A stretch of 64,000 nt of DNA, from IMG/VR virus record IMGVR_UViG_3300031857_000001; one strand, written 5' to 3'. Source of the stretch: a virus. Taxonomy: Duplodnaviria; Caudoviricetes. The notes under the pieces were generated by a model. It made no database searches and was not told where the DNA came from. It saw only the letters and a list, made by a program, of their open reading frames with translations. This document shows, piece by piece, positions 1-10,100 of the stretch. Position numbers and translations under genes: made by a program. Within the stretch, counting starts at the first letter, position 1. The number at the start of each line of letters is the position of its first letter.

Positions 1-1
1 A

Positions 2-358
2 ATCTTTGATGACTTGGAATATTTCCACGTTTCAAATGCGTCTCCTGAGCAAGACCAATACAACATGGGTATTGAAAGAGTGGGTACTTTGGCTGGTCGT
101 TACCAGGTTTATCGTGACCCATACTTCCCACCAAACCAAGTATTGATTGGTCACAAAGGTACATCGTTACTTGACACTGGTTACATTTACGCACCGTATG
201 TACCACTTCAATTAACTCCAACCATGTACAATCCATTCAACTTCACACCAATCAAAGGTATCATGACTCGTTACGCCAAAAAAATGGTAAATAACAGGTT
301 CTATGCCAGAATTACAGTTGATGGTGTTCGTACATTTGATTTAAGAGAATTGAGATAA
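2..358 (+). CDS. gp23: Major capsid protein, T4 gp23-like, C-terminal part (5' truncated by window edge)
   Basis: Frame is open from base 2 (IFDDLEYFH...). It carries the gp23-family motifs 'VGTLAGRYQVYRDPY', 'GYIYAPYVPL' and 'GIMTRYAK'. Confidence 0.9.
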   Translation: MFDDLEYFHVSNASPEQDQYNMGIERVGTLAGRYQVYRDPYFPPNQVLIGHKGTSLLDTGYIYAPYVPLQLTPTMYNPFNFTPIKGIMTRYAKKMVNNRFYARITVDGVRTFDLRELR

Positions 359-377
359 TTAATATCTTAGTAATATT

Positions 378-408
378 AAAAAGGTCAGAGAAATCTGACC
401 TTTTTTTT
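378..408 (+). terminator. Rho-independent terminator after the capsid gene
   Basis: AAAAAGGTCAGA-GAAA-TCTGACCTTTTTTTT: perfect stem, GNRA loop, T-run. Confidence 0.85.
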
Positions 409-448
409 ACGTTTTGTTTAAACAAAAGATTTATAATATTTATACAAT

Positions 449-859
449 ATGAATCTTAGAGAAAGTATAAAAAAACATCTTATCCTTGAAAAAAGAATTG
501 GTCAAATTGCAACCAATTTTGAGGTTACTTTTGGTTTTGATGTCATAACCACAAAACATTCAAATTACAGAAGTGGCGGAAGAGATTTAGATGATTATAA
601 TCAAAGACCTGTATCTAATGCGGAAATTGTCGAATTTATCCAAAATTTTAAAAGAGATATTGCGGAAAAAATACTGACAGGTGAAATTCAACAAAGTGAA
701 CCATTTGTTCTTGTTTCTAACAGATGGGAACTTGCTATGGCTGTTTCGGCTGAGAGAGAATCTGGTACTTATTGGAAACTTGTTGTAATAACTGTATTCA
801 GACAATCGGACCTTTATAAGTTCAAAGTAGGTAAAGACCAAGTTGTGATAGAAAAATAG
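449..859 (+). CDS. Hypothetical protein, weak DUF4258-like (BECR-fold) pattern
   Basis: 136-aa ORF with TATTTATA at 437-444. Pattern 'TKHSNYR...R.VSNAEIVEFI...LVVITVF'. Confidence 0.65.
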   Translation: MNLRESIKKHLILEKRIGQIATNFEVTFGFDVITTKHSNYRSGGRDLDDYNQRPVSNAEIVEFIQNFKRDIAEKILTGEIQQSEPFVLVSNRWELAMAVSAERESGTYWKLVVITVFRQSDLYKFKVGKDQVVIEK

Positions 860-922
860 ACGAAAATGGTAATTTTAACGACGTAAACCTATTTTGGATA
901 AAGGTCATTAAACTTAAATAAA

Positions 923-932
923 GATATTTATA
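923..932 (+). promoter_or_regulatory. Putative phage late promoter motif GATATTTATA
   Basis: The same motif recurs just upstream of many genes on both strands (see findings). Confidence 0.6.
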
Positions 933-950
933 TGTAAATGTTTTTTACAT

Positions 951-1526
951 ATGAAGTTTTTCTTTTTATTGTTTTTTCTACCATTACTATCAAATGCACA
1001 ACTTAGAGATTCGGTTTATGTAACGACACCTATTTTCAATGTGGTGTATTCTGAAAAGTTACAACAACCAAAATGGGTTGAATATAAGGTATTATGTACC
1101 GACGGTACAATATCACGTAAAGGTCTTGATTTTTATCCTGTAAAAGGAATTGTCACCTCAAATGAGGAAGACTATGAAAATAATGTATACGATAAAGGTC
1201 ATTTGGCCCCGGCTGCTGACTTTAATTGTGATAAAGAAAATTTAAAACAAACTTTCTCATATCTTAATTGTACGCTCCAACATGAGAAACTAAATCGAGG
1301 TACGTGGAGACTTCTTGAGGTTCACGAGAGAGAACTCGCAAAAACTAATACAGTCTCAGTTCAAATCAGGATGAATTATAGTAAAAATTCAAAAGTATTA
1401 TCGACAGGGGCAACTGTACCTGACTCATTTACAAAAATAATAACTTATGGAAATAAGAAAGAAAAATATTTCTTCAAAAATGAAGAGCCGAAATCGTCTG
1501 ACTACAACATTTACAAGGTCAAATGA
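951..1526 (+). CDS. DNA/RNA non-specific endonuclease (beta-beta-alpha-Me, NucA/EndA-like) with signal peptide
   Basis: DRGH-type motif 'YDKGHLAPAAD', downstream 'LNRGTWRLLE', and N-terminal 'MKFFFLLFFLPLLSNA|Q'. Confidence 0.9.
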   Translation: MKFFFLLFFLPLLSNAQLRDSVYVTTPIFNVVYSEKLQQPKWVEYKVLCTDGTISRKGLDFYPVKGIVTSNEEDYENNVYDKGHLAPAADFNCDKENLKQTFSYLNCTLQHEKLNRGTWRLLEVHERELAKTNTVSVQIRMNYSKNSKVLSTGATVPDSFTKIITYGNKKEKYFFKNEEPKSSDYNIYKVK

Positions 1527-1552
1527 TAATAAACAATTAAACCAATAAAAAA

Positions 1553-3880
1553 ATGAAAAAAATCGTTTTATTACTCACACTTTGTCTATCCTTTATTCTC
1601 GGATATGGTCAATATGACTTATCCAAGAATATTGACAGACAAGTAATGGTGGTTCCACAAAAAGGTATGGAATCCCAAACTCAGGCGTTTATTCAGAGAA
1701 GTAACGCTCAGATTGTTGCTAATTTTGAGCAACTTGGATGGTATGTTGTATTACTACCTGAAAATTTAACTCAAGATTCATTCGTTAGGTCTTCCAAAGA
1801 CTTACCGTTTATTAAAGAGGTCTATAAAGACCAAAAGGTTGAAATGAAACTTGATTATATTCCAAATGATGTGGAATTTAATCAATGTTGGCACTTACGT
1901 CAAACGAGTGACAAAGACATTGATGCTGATGAAGCTTGGGATTTAGTTCCGGCAACTAATCCAACTGTTAGTGTTGCAATGTTTGATGGAGGTCTTGATT
2001 TAACTATTCCTGATTTGGCCGGTAACACAACAAATCCGTTTAATGCCGTTAACAGTACTACGAACATTCCTTATGTAAATGCCGAAGATAAACACGGAAC
2101 AACCTGTTCAGGTACTATCGCTGCAGTTACAAACAACAGTATTGGAGTTAGTAGTGTTGGTAATAATAAGGTTAAGGTAATGCCTGTTAACATTATGTCT
2201 CAGGTTTTTGCTGGAGGTAGTTTTTCTACTTCAGATGTGATTCAAATTAATGGCGTTAATGCGGCTATGGCTAATCCAACTTGTGTTGCAATTGCAATGT
2301 CATATGGTGGTTCATCTTATTCATCGGCCCTTGACGCAGCTTTCCAAGCGGCAAGAACAACGGCAAGAGGTGGAAAAGGAATGGTTGTGGTTGCCTCATC
2401 AGGTAATGGTTCTTCAGGAACTGCAAATCAATACCCCGCTAATTATAGTGGAGTTTGGGGTATCGGAGCAACATCATCAACTGACCTTAAAGCTAGTTTT
2501 TCTAACTTTGGTCAAATTTGTGATATATCCGCCCCTGGCACACAAATTAGAACTGTCGATAGACCAGGAACTGCAGGATATAGTACAGGTGATTATACCT
2601 CAATAAGTGGAACATCATTCTCTTGCCCGATATTTGCGGCTTCTGCTGCGTTTTGTTTTTACAAGAATTGGGAATTAACTGATGACCAAGTTTTACAAAT
2701 ACTTGCAACAACGGCTGAAAAAGTTGGGGGATATAGTTACACAAATAACTCAACTTGGCCACTGTCAACAAGAAGTAATGAACTTGGTTATGGTAGAATT
2801 AATTTAAGAGATGCTATTATTGCAACACCAAATCCAGGAGGAATTGTTCCACCACCACCACCACCACCAACTTTGGTTCATAACTTTTTAATTAACACTT
2901 TAACTGTAAATCCCGCAACTGTTACAGTTGGCTCTAATATTACAATTTCAGCAACAATTGCAACACAGAACCCAACGTATCCGGCAGTTGAAGTAATGAC
3001 TCAGCATAGATTATCAACTAATACAACTTGGGGTGACTCTGATGATATTATCATAGGTACCACAAGTGGTACATTAGGTGGTGGTGTAGCAACAGATGTC
3101 GAGACAATAACTTATAATGTTGGTAACATTACGGGGCTCAGATATATTATCAGTAGGGCTAATTTTATGGGAACTATTTCAGAAACTAATCCAAATGATA
3201 ATACAAGACAAGCAAGTTTCAACGTTACCCAACCAAGTGCCGCTGGTGCCGACCTATCAGTATCATTAACTATACCATCAACACCTTCGACCACAATTTC
3301 ACCAACTCAAACCACAGTTACTTTTCAGTGGAAAGTTACAAATACAGGAACAGTTCCAATTACATCATTTACTTGGGACAGAATGTGGGTGAATATTCCT
3401 GAAGCAACCAGAACTTGGCCTATACCCCCAAATGGTGCTTTTCCAGGTTCTTGGCAAGGTCCATTACTTCCGGGCCAGTGGATTTATCTACCGGGTGGAG
3501 GAACACCAACTAATCGAGTAAGTGTATCTTATTTATCGGCATCCGCGTGTTTTAGTGCGAACAGTTGTGCTTTACCACTCGGTTCAACAAACACTTTCAG
3601 ATTAAGAATTCTTACTGTAAATGGGGGAACAGGTGATAGTAACCTTGCAAATAACCAAGTTGAATGTACTGTAACAAGACTTGCAACTGCGGTTAACAAT
3701 GGAGATGTTATTGATACACCTGAAGTTAAATTTGTTGAGGTTAGACAGTTTAGTAATTTATATGAAAAACCAATTAGATACGGTAGCATTGATGAAGCGA
3801 TACTTGAAAAGGGACTTAATATAATTCATATCCATTACTCAGATGGAACAGTAGAAATCAGAAAGATTTCGGTAAATTAA
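1553..3880 (+). CDS. Secreted S8 subtilisin-like serine protease with prodomain, poly-Pro linker, CARDB/Ig-like domains and T9SS-like C-terminal tail
   Basis: Catalytic triad D ('MFDGGLD'), H ('HGTTCSG') and S ('GTSFSCP'); oxyanion 'SSGN'; signal peptide 'MKKIVLLLTLCLSFILGYG|Q'. Confidence 0.92.
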   Translation: MKKIVLLLTLCLSFILGYGQYDLSKNIDRQVMVVPQKGMESQTQAFIQRSNAQIVANFEQLGWYVVLLPENLTQDSFVRSSKDLPFIKEVYKDQKVEMKLDYIPNDVEFNQCWHLRQTSDKDIDADEAWDLVPATNPTVSVAMFDGGLDLTIPDLAGNTTNPFNAVNSTTNIPYVNAEDKHGTTCSGTIAAVTNNSIGVSSVGNNKVKVMPVNIMSQVFAGGSFSTSDVIQINGVNAAMANPTCVAIAMSYGGSSYSSALDAAFQAARTTARGGKGMVVVASSGNGSSGTANQYPANYSGVWGIGATSSTDLKASFSNFGQICDISAPGTQIRTVDRPGTAGYSTGDYTSISGTSFSCPIFAASAAFCFYKNWELTDDQVLQILATTAEKVGGYSYTNNSTWPLSTRSNELGYGRINLRDAIIATPNPGGIVPPPPPPPTLVHNFLINTLTVNPATVTVGSNITISATIATQNPTYPAVEVMTQHRLSTNTTWGDSDDIIIGTTSGTLGGGVATDVETITYNVGNITGLRYIISRANFMGTISETNPNDNTRQASFNVTQPSAAGADLSVSLTIPSTPSTTISPTQTTVTFQWKVTNTGTVPITSFTWDRMWVNIPEATRTWPIPPNGAFPGSWQGPLLPGQWIYLPGGGTPTNRVSVSYLSASACFSANSCALPLGSTNTFRLRILTVNGGTGDSNLANNQVECTVTRLATAVNNGDVIDTPEVKFVEVRQFSNLYEKPIRYGSIDEAILEKGLNIIHIHYSDGTVEIRKISVN

Positions 3881-3903
3881 AAAATAAATTTTATATATAA
3901 AGG

Positions 3904-3925
3904 GGAGGCGAGAGCCTCCTTTTTT
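3904..3925 (+). terminator. Rho-independent terminator
   Basis: GGAGGC-GAGA-GCCTCC-TTTTTT. Confidence 0.85.
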
Positions 3926-3933
3926 ATTTTATG

Positions 3934-3943
3934 GATATTTATA
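3934..3943 (+). promoter_or_regulatory. Putative late promoter GATATTTATA
   Basis: Lies immediately after the terminator, 16 nt before the ATG at 3960. Confidence 0.6.
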
Positions 3944-3959
3944 AAGAAAATTAATCAAC

Positions 3960-6900
3960 ATGGCATTTAATTATTATTATGATTTTGAGGACTGTACACA
4001 AATAGACCTCACAGGTAACCCAATAAACTATGTTGTAGGTTCTAATTATGTTTTAAATGAAGGTGAATATTACACTATTTTTAACGTATCGAGTCCAAAT
4101 CAACGAGTTTGTGGGGTAAATCTTACAGCATCAACCTCAACCGCTGCGACATATTATACTGAAGCTATTTATGAATATTCATCATGCACAACATGTTTAA
4201 GCGCTATAACCAACATAATATCCGTTTCAGGTTTAACTCCATTAAGTAGCGGAAATACGTTAACCTTAGTTGCTGATAGTAGATATATCAAAGGTGATAT
4301 AATCCATATAGATATTGTATACGACTCGTCTGGGGATTTAGTATTCATTAATACACCTGCATTAATAACTGGTATATCAGGATATACAGAGACTGGATGG
4401 ACAGTACCTAATATAATAGAATATGTACCTTATAAATCTTTTAAACAAGTTATTGAATCTAAGGGTGTTTATTATTTAATTTCGGATTGTTCTGGTGGTA
4501 CCGAAAGTATAATTTTAAGTAAGCAAGAGTTGTTATATCAAAATGCGGTTATTAACCTACCTTATGGTAATTCTCCTTGTAAGGTTATTTTAACCGCTTT
4601 AACTGAGGGAAATTATTCGGATATTTCTGGAGTTACAACTGTTTTAAATAGTTCTGTAATATATTCAAAGTGTGACCAATGTTTATCAAGTTTAGAATCG
4701 GCAGTTGTTGATGATGAGTTTGAACAAAATACCTACGACGCTCTTACGATTAGTGAATTGAAACAATTAACTGATGGGTCTATAGTGGTAGGAGGTTCAG
4801 AATTACAAACAGTGGATAATGGAGACTTATTTAATTTTGGTAATATTCTTAAGTTAAATCAAGATGGAAGCCCCAATTTAACTTTTAATCCAAATAGTCA
4901 AGGTTCATTAAATTTGAATGGAAGTACTTTTATATACTCAAATTATTCTGAAGATTTTAATTTAACTGGTAATTTTTCAATTGAATTTTGGTTTAAATTA
5001 GGTAATCACGGTACAGATGGTGGTATTATTTCATTTAAAGACGGTGATGATAATGGATGGGAGATTAGATTCGAAGGAGATGATAATTTCATAACATTTG
5101 ACTATAATGGTAATTTATTAACATCAACAACTGAACTGAATGCCAATGAGTGGTATAATATTGCGGTTGTGAATGATTGTGGTACAGATAATTTAATTAT
5201 GTACATTAATGGTAGTGATGATGTTACTACAGGATGTACAAGTGGATTAACCGCAAGTACTGAAACTATATTTAAAGTTGGGGTTAATAAATCCCTTAAT
5301 TCTTATGTTTCAGGTTTAATTACAAATGTTAGAATTGTTAATGGTGACGATAATTTTGCATATGACGGAACCTTTACCCCCCAAACTTCTCCATTAAGAA
5401 ATAGACAGAATGGTTATGGTAACGTTAGGAGTATTAGTCCTAGCGAAGTTGTTCTATTATTGAATTTTGAGGATAAATACAGGACACTTTTTGATACTAG
5501 TGTTTATAAAAAACCATTCTATGTTAAGAATCCGTCGGTACTTAAGATTGCTGAAAAATGTCGTTGTGTGAGATTTAGAAACACCGGTACAACTGTTCAA
5601 AATTTAACATGGCAAAAATGTTTTGAACCAGGTTTTGGACAAAATTCTTTGGTGACAGTTCCTATATTACCAGGAGAAACATTACCGTATACATGTGTAC
5701 AACAAGGAATTCTTTATCCAAGTAATTTTAATTATCCAGGAATAATAGCTGAAATTGGTATACTTTCTGATGGAAATTGTGTTCAAATAAGTAATACGGA
5801 ATTCCTTTGTCCCGGCCGTTGTAATTGCTATTCAGTTAAAAATAATACATCTGATGTCATTGAACTACAATATTATGATTGTAACAGAGATTTAATTACT
5901 GATATTTTTATAGCTCCTAATGACCCTGAAATATTAGTTTGTTCATTATATTTTATACCTTCTAATCTAACAATAGTAGACCAAAATTATCAATGTAGTG
6001 CGACAACTCAAACTTATCCTTTTGGATGGCAATGCGCTCCTCCGGTTGACCCAAGATGTGCTCCAATATATGTTGATTATTGTTATAACCAGTTTGCACC
6101 AAATAATAACGGAACTCAACCAGGACCAATAACCGCTTGGTATTCAACAGGTTTATTAGGTAATACTCAATTGAATTTAAATTTACCTTCTACAATAACT
6201 GTTAACCACAATGTCGGTGCTCGTTATCAAATAGATATTACTCATACTTTAAGCTATACTACAAATACGGGTAGACTATGGATTTTACACACTAATAGTA
6301 ACGCATATGTTTCTACTGTAGCGGCACCTTATTTAATCGATGAATGGTTTTTATTCTTTACTCAAGGAGTTGGATTTACTGTTACGTATAATAGAAGAAT
6401 AACTATCGGAGCCGCGTTAATGACCGGAACTATAAATTGGGGACCTGGTAGTGGTATGGCGGCTAGAGATAATACCACGTTAATTGTTAGTAGATATAGT
6501 CAGGTGTCAAGTACCTTTGCAACACCTACAAGTATTGTACAACTTAATATTGCCGCAGGTAATAACATTACCCTAACAACCGCACAGGTGACAACATTAT
6601 TCTCATTACCCGCCAATGGCTCTGTTATTACACTTAATGATGCACCTATTGATGGAATCAATAACCCAATTAATATTAGTTCAAAAATAGTAGTGTCAGG
6701 AGGTATGACATTAACGGATAACAATAGATTAATTATCAAGTGTAAGTTAGGTGCTAACCCTAGTGGTAATGTTGACCAAATATTATTACAATATACTTTG
6801 GCCGGAACATTAGAACATGCTCGTCGTTTGGACCCAATCGGACTTTCAAATCCAATTAATAGTGCTGTATTCTCATATGACAACCGAGTATTAATACAAT

Positions 6901-7118
6901 CAACAGCGGGAGCAAATCCTGTCGGATGGTCAGTACTTAGATATAATGGTACACCTACTGCAATGACTACATCACTGAGTAATCAAACGGTTCCTCTTCT
7001 TTTCCCTGGTCAATACACATTAACAGGACCAATGGGGGCTTCATCACCAAGAAGGGTTAGTATTGCTAATGCATGTCCAACTGTTGATTTACCTATAAAT
7101 GTTACAAGTATAAGTTAA
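3960..7118 (+). CDS. Large modular putative virion protein: YxxCxxC modules, one delta-60-like blade, LamG/concanavalin-like domain, Cys-rich modules, C-terminal propeller-like domain
   Basis: LamG-like 'FSIEFWFK...NEWYNIAVV...MYING...SGLITNVRI'; delta-60-like 'QLTDGSIVVGG...ILKLNQDGSPNLTF'; no signal peptide. Confidence 0.75.
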   Translation: MAFNYYYDFEDCTQIDLTGNPINYVVGSNYVLNEGEYYTIFNVSSPNQRVCGVNLTASTSTAATYYTEAIYEYSSCTTCLSAITNIISVSGLTPLSSGNTLTLVADSRYIKGDIIHIDIVYDSSGDLVFINTPALITGISGYTETGWTVPNIIEYVPYKSFKQVIESKGVYYLISDCSGGTESIILSKQELLYQNAVINLPYGNSPCKVILTALTEGNYSDISGVTTVLNSSVIYSKCDQCLSSLESAVVDDEFEQNTYDALTISELKQLTDGSIVVGGSELQTVDNGDLFNFGNILKLNQDGSPNLTFNPNSQGSLNLNGSTFIYSNYSEDFNLTGNFSIEFWFKLGNHGTDGGIISFKDGDDNGWEIRFEGDDNFITFDYNGNLLTSTTELNANEWYNIAVVNDCGTDNLIMYINGSDDVTTGCTSGLTASTETIFKVGVNKSLNSYVSGLITNVRIVNGDDNFAYDGTFTPQTSPLRNRQNGYGNVRSISPSEVVLLLNFEDKYRTLFDTSVYKKPFYVKNPSVLKIAEKCRCVRFRNTGTTVQNLTWQKCFEPGFGQNSLVTVPILPGETLPYTCVQQGILYPSNFNYPGIIAEIGILSDGNCVQISNTEFLCPGRCNCYSVKNNTSDVIELQYYDCNRDLITDIFIAPNDPEILVCSLYFIPSNLTIVDQNYQCSATTQTYPFGWQCAPPVDPRCAPIYVDYCYNQFAPNNNGTQPGPITAWYSTGLLGNTQLNLNLPSTITVNHNVGARYQIDITHTLSYTTNTGRLWILHTNSNAYVSTVAAPYLIDEWFLFFTQGVGFTVTYNRRITIGAALMTGTINWGPGSGMAARDNTTLIVSRYSQVSSTFATPTSIVQLNIAAGNNITLTTAQVTTLFSLPANGSVITLNDAPIDGINNPINISSKIVVSGGMTLTDNNRLIIKCKLGANPSGNVDQILLQYTLAGTLEHARRLDPIGLSNPINSAVFSYDNRVLIQSTAGANPVGWSVLRYNGTPTAMTTSLSNQTVPLLFPGQYTLTGPMGASSPRRVSIANACPTVDLPINVTSIS

Positions 7119-7134
7119 TTATTAATTATTACAT

Positions 7135-7193
7135 AAAAAAAGGAGGCCACTTAGACCTCCTTTTTTATTTTATAGATATTTATAAAGAAAAAT
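7135..7193 (+). repeat. 59-bp terminator+promoter cassette, copy A
   Basis: 58/59 identical to 11189-11247. Contains an AGGAGG..CCTCCT hairpin, a T-run and GATATTTATA. Confidence 0.9.
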
Positions 7194-7199
7194 TAAAAT

Positions 7200-10100
7200 A
7201 TGAATTATAGCGGAGCGCCAACTGGAAATACCTTCTCGATTGATTTACCTGAAGGTTTTAAATTTAATTTTTATGGTAAAGAATATGATACCGTATATGT
7301 TAACGCAAATTCTTACCTGACTTTGGACCAAGGGTCCGAATCAGGAGGTCTCATTTTACCCGACCAAATACCTTCTGAAATTGATTCTTCAGGTGTTTTT
7401 ATGTCAACTTATGGGGATTCAAACAACGATAACCAAACATATATAACCAGTGTAACCACAGGTTTAACAGATGATGACAATACTTTCACTGTAACAGTAC
7501 AAGGGGGTTATCAAAAATTAGGTGGTGGTAACCAGTGTTATTGTTACACAGTACTTTATAATCCCCCTCTTGATTCGCCTAATTATGACCAATTTTCATA
7601 TATATGGCCACCTAATACACCTCAACAAGTTATTCCATATCCCGAAACCATCTCATTGAGATATTTCGATTGTAAGAATGTTGGGGTGTGTGCCACAGGC
7701 ATCAACGCATTAGGAACTCAGTCTGTTACTTTAACCGCAGGAGTTCCACAACAGATATGTTCGTATCCCAGTTATTTAACCAGTCAGGTGTTCGTTAATA
7801 CCACCACTGGTCAGTACGAACAACCATCCCCTGGAGTTTGTGGTTGGATGACATTTTTACCGAATGACGTACCTGGTGTTGCAACTACTGATTTCAATAA
7901 TCCCCCCAATAGTTTTATTACATTTACACCGGTTTTATCACAAGGACTACAATCTCTATGTGTTAGTTCAGATGGTTTAACAAGTTTGGACTCTCAGTTT
8001 TATATTAATGCCGCAACCGCTGTTTGTCAAATACAACCACCACCAACTAATTGCCAGTGTTACATGATATACAATTCGGCGGGTTCACAGAGACAGGCAT
8101 TTTTCACAGCTTGTTCTTCATTAAATCCAAATTCTGTAACATTGAACCCACAAGGTAGTGCTAGAGTATGTGTTAATGCGACTACAAATTTCACATTTAA
8201 TGGAGCGGGTGTTGTGGTATCACCTTTGGGGCCTGACGGAGTACAGTCATGTGTTAATAATAATAGTTGTGCAGGACCAAATTGTTTTTGTTTTAGTGCA
8301 TATAATGAAGATAACCAAACTGGTGAAATAACCGGAATTGTTGATTGTGCAACAGGAAACGCACTTCAACCATTTCCAATGTTCCCATCATTTGGTTATA
8401 CTCAGACAAGTCCTGTAAAAATATGTTCTAGAACTTTTCCTAGTTCATCAAGTAATGTAACAATAGCTTCTACATTTTCAGCTTGTACTGGACCTTATAC
8501 CATAAATAATGGGGCTCAAGAATATAATTGTCCTCCATGGGAAGAACCACCATTACCTTGTTATTGTGTACAAGTTTCAAATAATGCACCTGTTTTCAAT
8601 AACACAGTTTCAGTAACTGGTGGTTGGGGTCGATTAAGATATAGAGATTGTAGTGGTGATATTGTAAATGAAGCTTATGACCTAAATGTACCACCTAGAA
8701 GTAGATTTAGGTTATGTATCCAAGAAATATTGGATGTTAGTCCGTCTCCTTCGTCGTTTAATAATTCTCAAGGAGTAAGTATCAGAAATGACCAGATTTT
8801 GTGTCAAACAAATAATGACGGAGATACTGTTTGTCCATGTCAATGCGTTCGGGCGACGAGAATCAATACAGTTCCGGGTTCCATTGGCGGATATAGGTAT
8901 AAAGTTTGTCAATTACCCAACAGTAACGCTTCAGAAATTATAGGAATATTATCGGATGGAAACCCGCAAGATTTTGTTTGTACTGAAATGTACGGGACTT
9001 CGGCAATTACAGTCAATTTCATAAATAACACATCATTTACTTTTTTAGGTACCTCATGTAATTCTTTATTCTCTTTTTGCGAACCAACACCAACTCCAAC
9101 ACCTACTAAGACTAAAACACCAACTCCTACAAGAACTAGAACTCCGACCGTAACAAGGACTCCGACCCAAACAAGGACTCCGACCCAAACAAGGACTCAA
9201 ACTCCAACTGTAACTAGAACTCAAACTCAAACTAGAACTCAAACTCAAACTAGAACTCAAACTCCAACTGTAACAAGAACTCCAACCCAAACTAGAACTC
9301 AAACTCCAACTATAACAAGAACTCAAACTCAAACTAGAACTCAAACTCCAACAATGACATCAACTATGACTAGAACACCTTCACAAACACCTTTACCACC
9401 TTTACCACCTTGTTCAGTTTTAATTAATTCGACAAATACAAATAGTTTATGGGCATATAATGTAACAAATAATACAGTTATACCGTTATTCTTACCTGGA
9501 GTATTTACAACCCCATATACTGATGTTGCCGCGTCTCAAGACAACAATATACTTGTTTTAGGTTACAATTTATTTACCGCGAATCCAACAATCCAATACT
9601 GGGGTATCGATTTTGTTGCCGGAAGTATTATTTCGGGACCAACTACCACAACATTCAATGTAACGGGTATTGGCGAAGGTTTAGGGTTGAACTTGACAGG
9701 AGACAGAATCTATGTATCAAGAACGGTTAATGGAACCCAAAGTATTTTAATATCAAACTACACAGTTAACCCAATAACTAGTAATACATTATTAACTTTA
9801 CAAGCAGGAAGAACTGTTTCAGGTGATATCCTTAGAACAACAACAGGTAAATTAATATTCACAAGTAGAGATAATACTAGCTTGTACATTGAGCAATGGT
9901 CTACCGATGATGTTACGGCGACATTTGATGGTGATTTTAATTTAACGGGATTAAATATGTTGTTTAATATTAATGTTGAATCTGATATATTCATACAAGA
10001 TGGTGTGTTTTATATAACTAGAGGTGCTGGTACTAGTGAGAGTGTTTGGACTTTAAGTCAGGACGGAGGTACTTTACAAGAAATTTATACACAAATGCCA

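Noticed and set aside
9066-9344. Antisense Ser/Leu-rich ORF
   Set aside because: It is the reverse-strand shadow of the TRTQTQ repeat, with low complexity and no independent signals.
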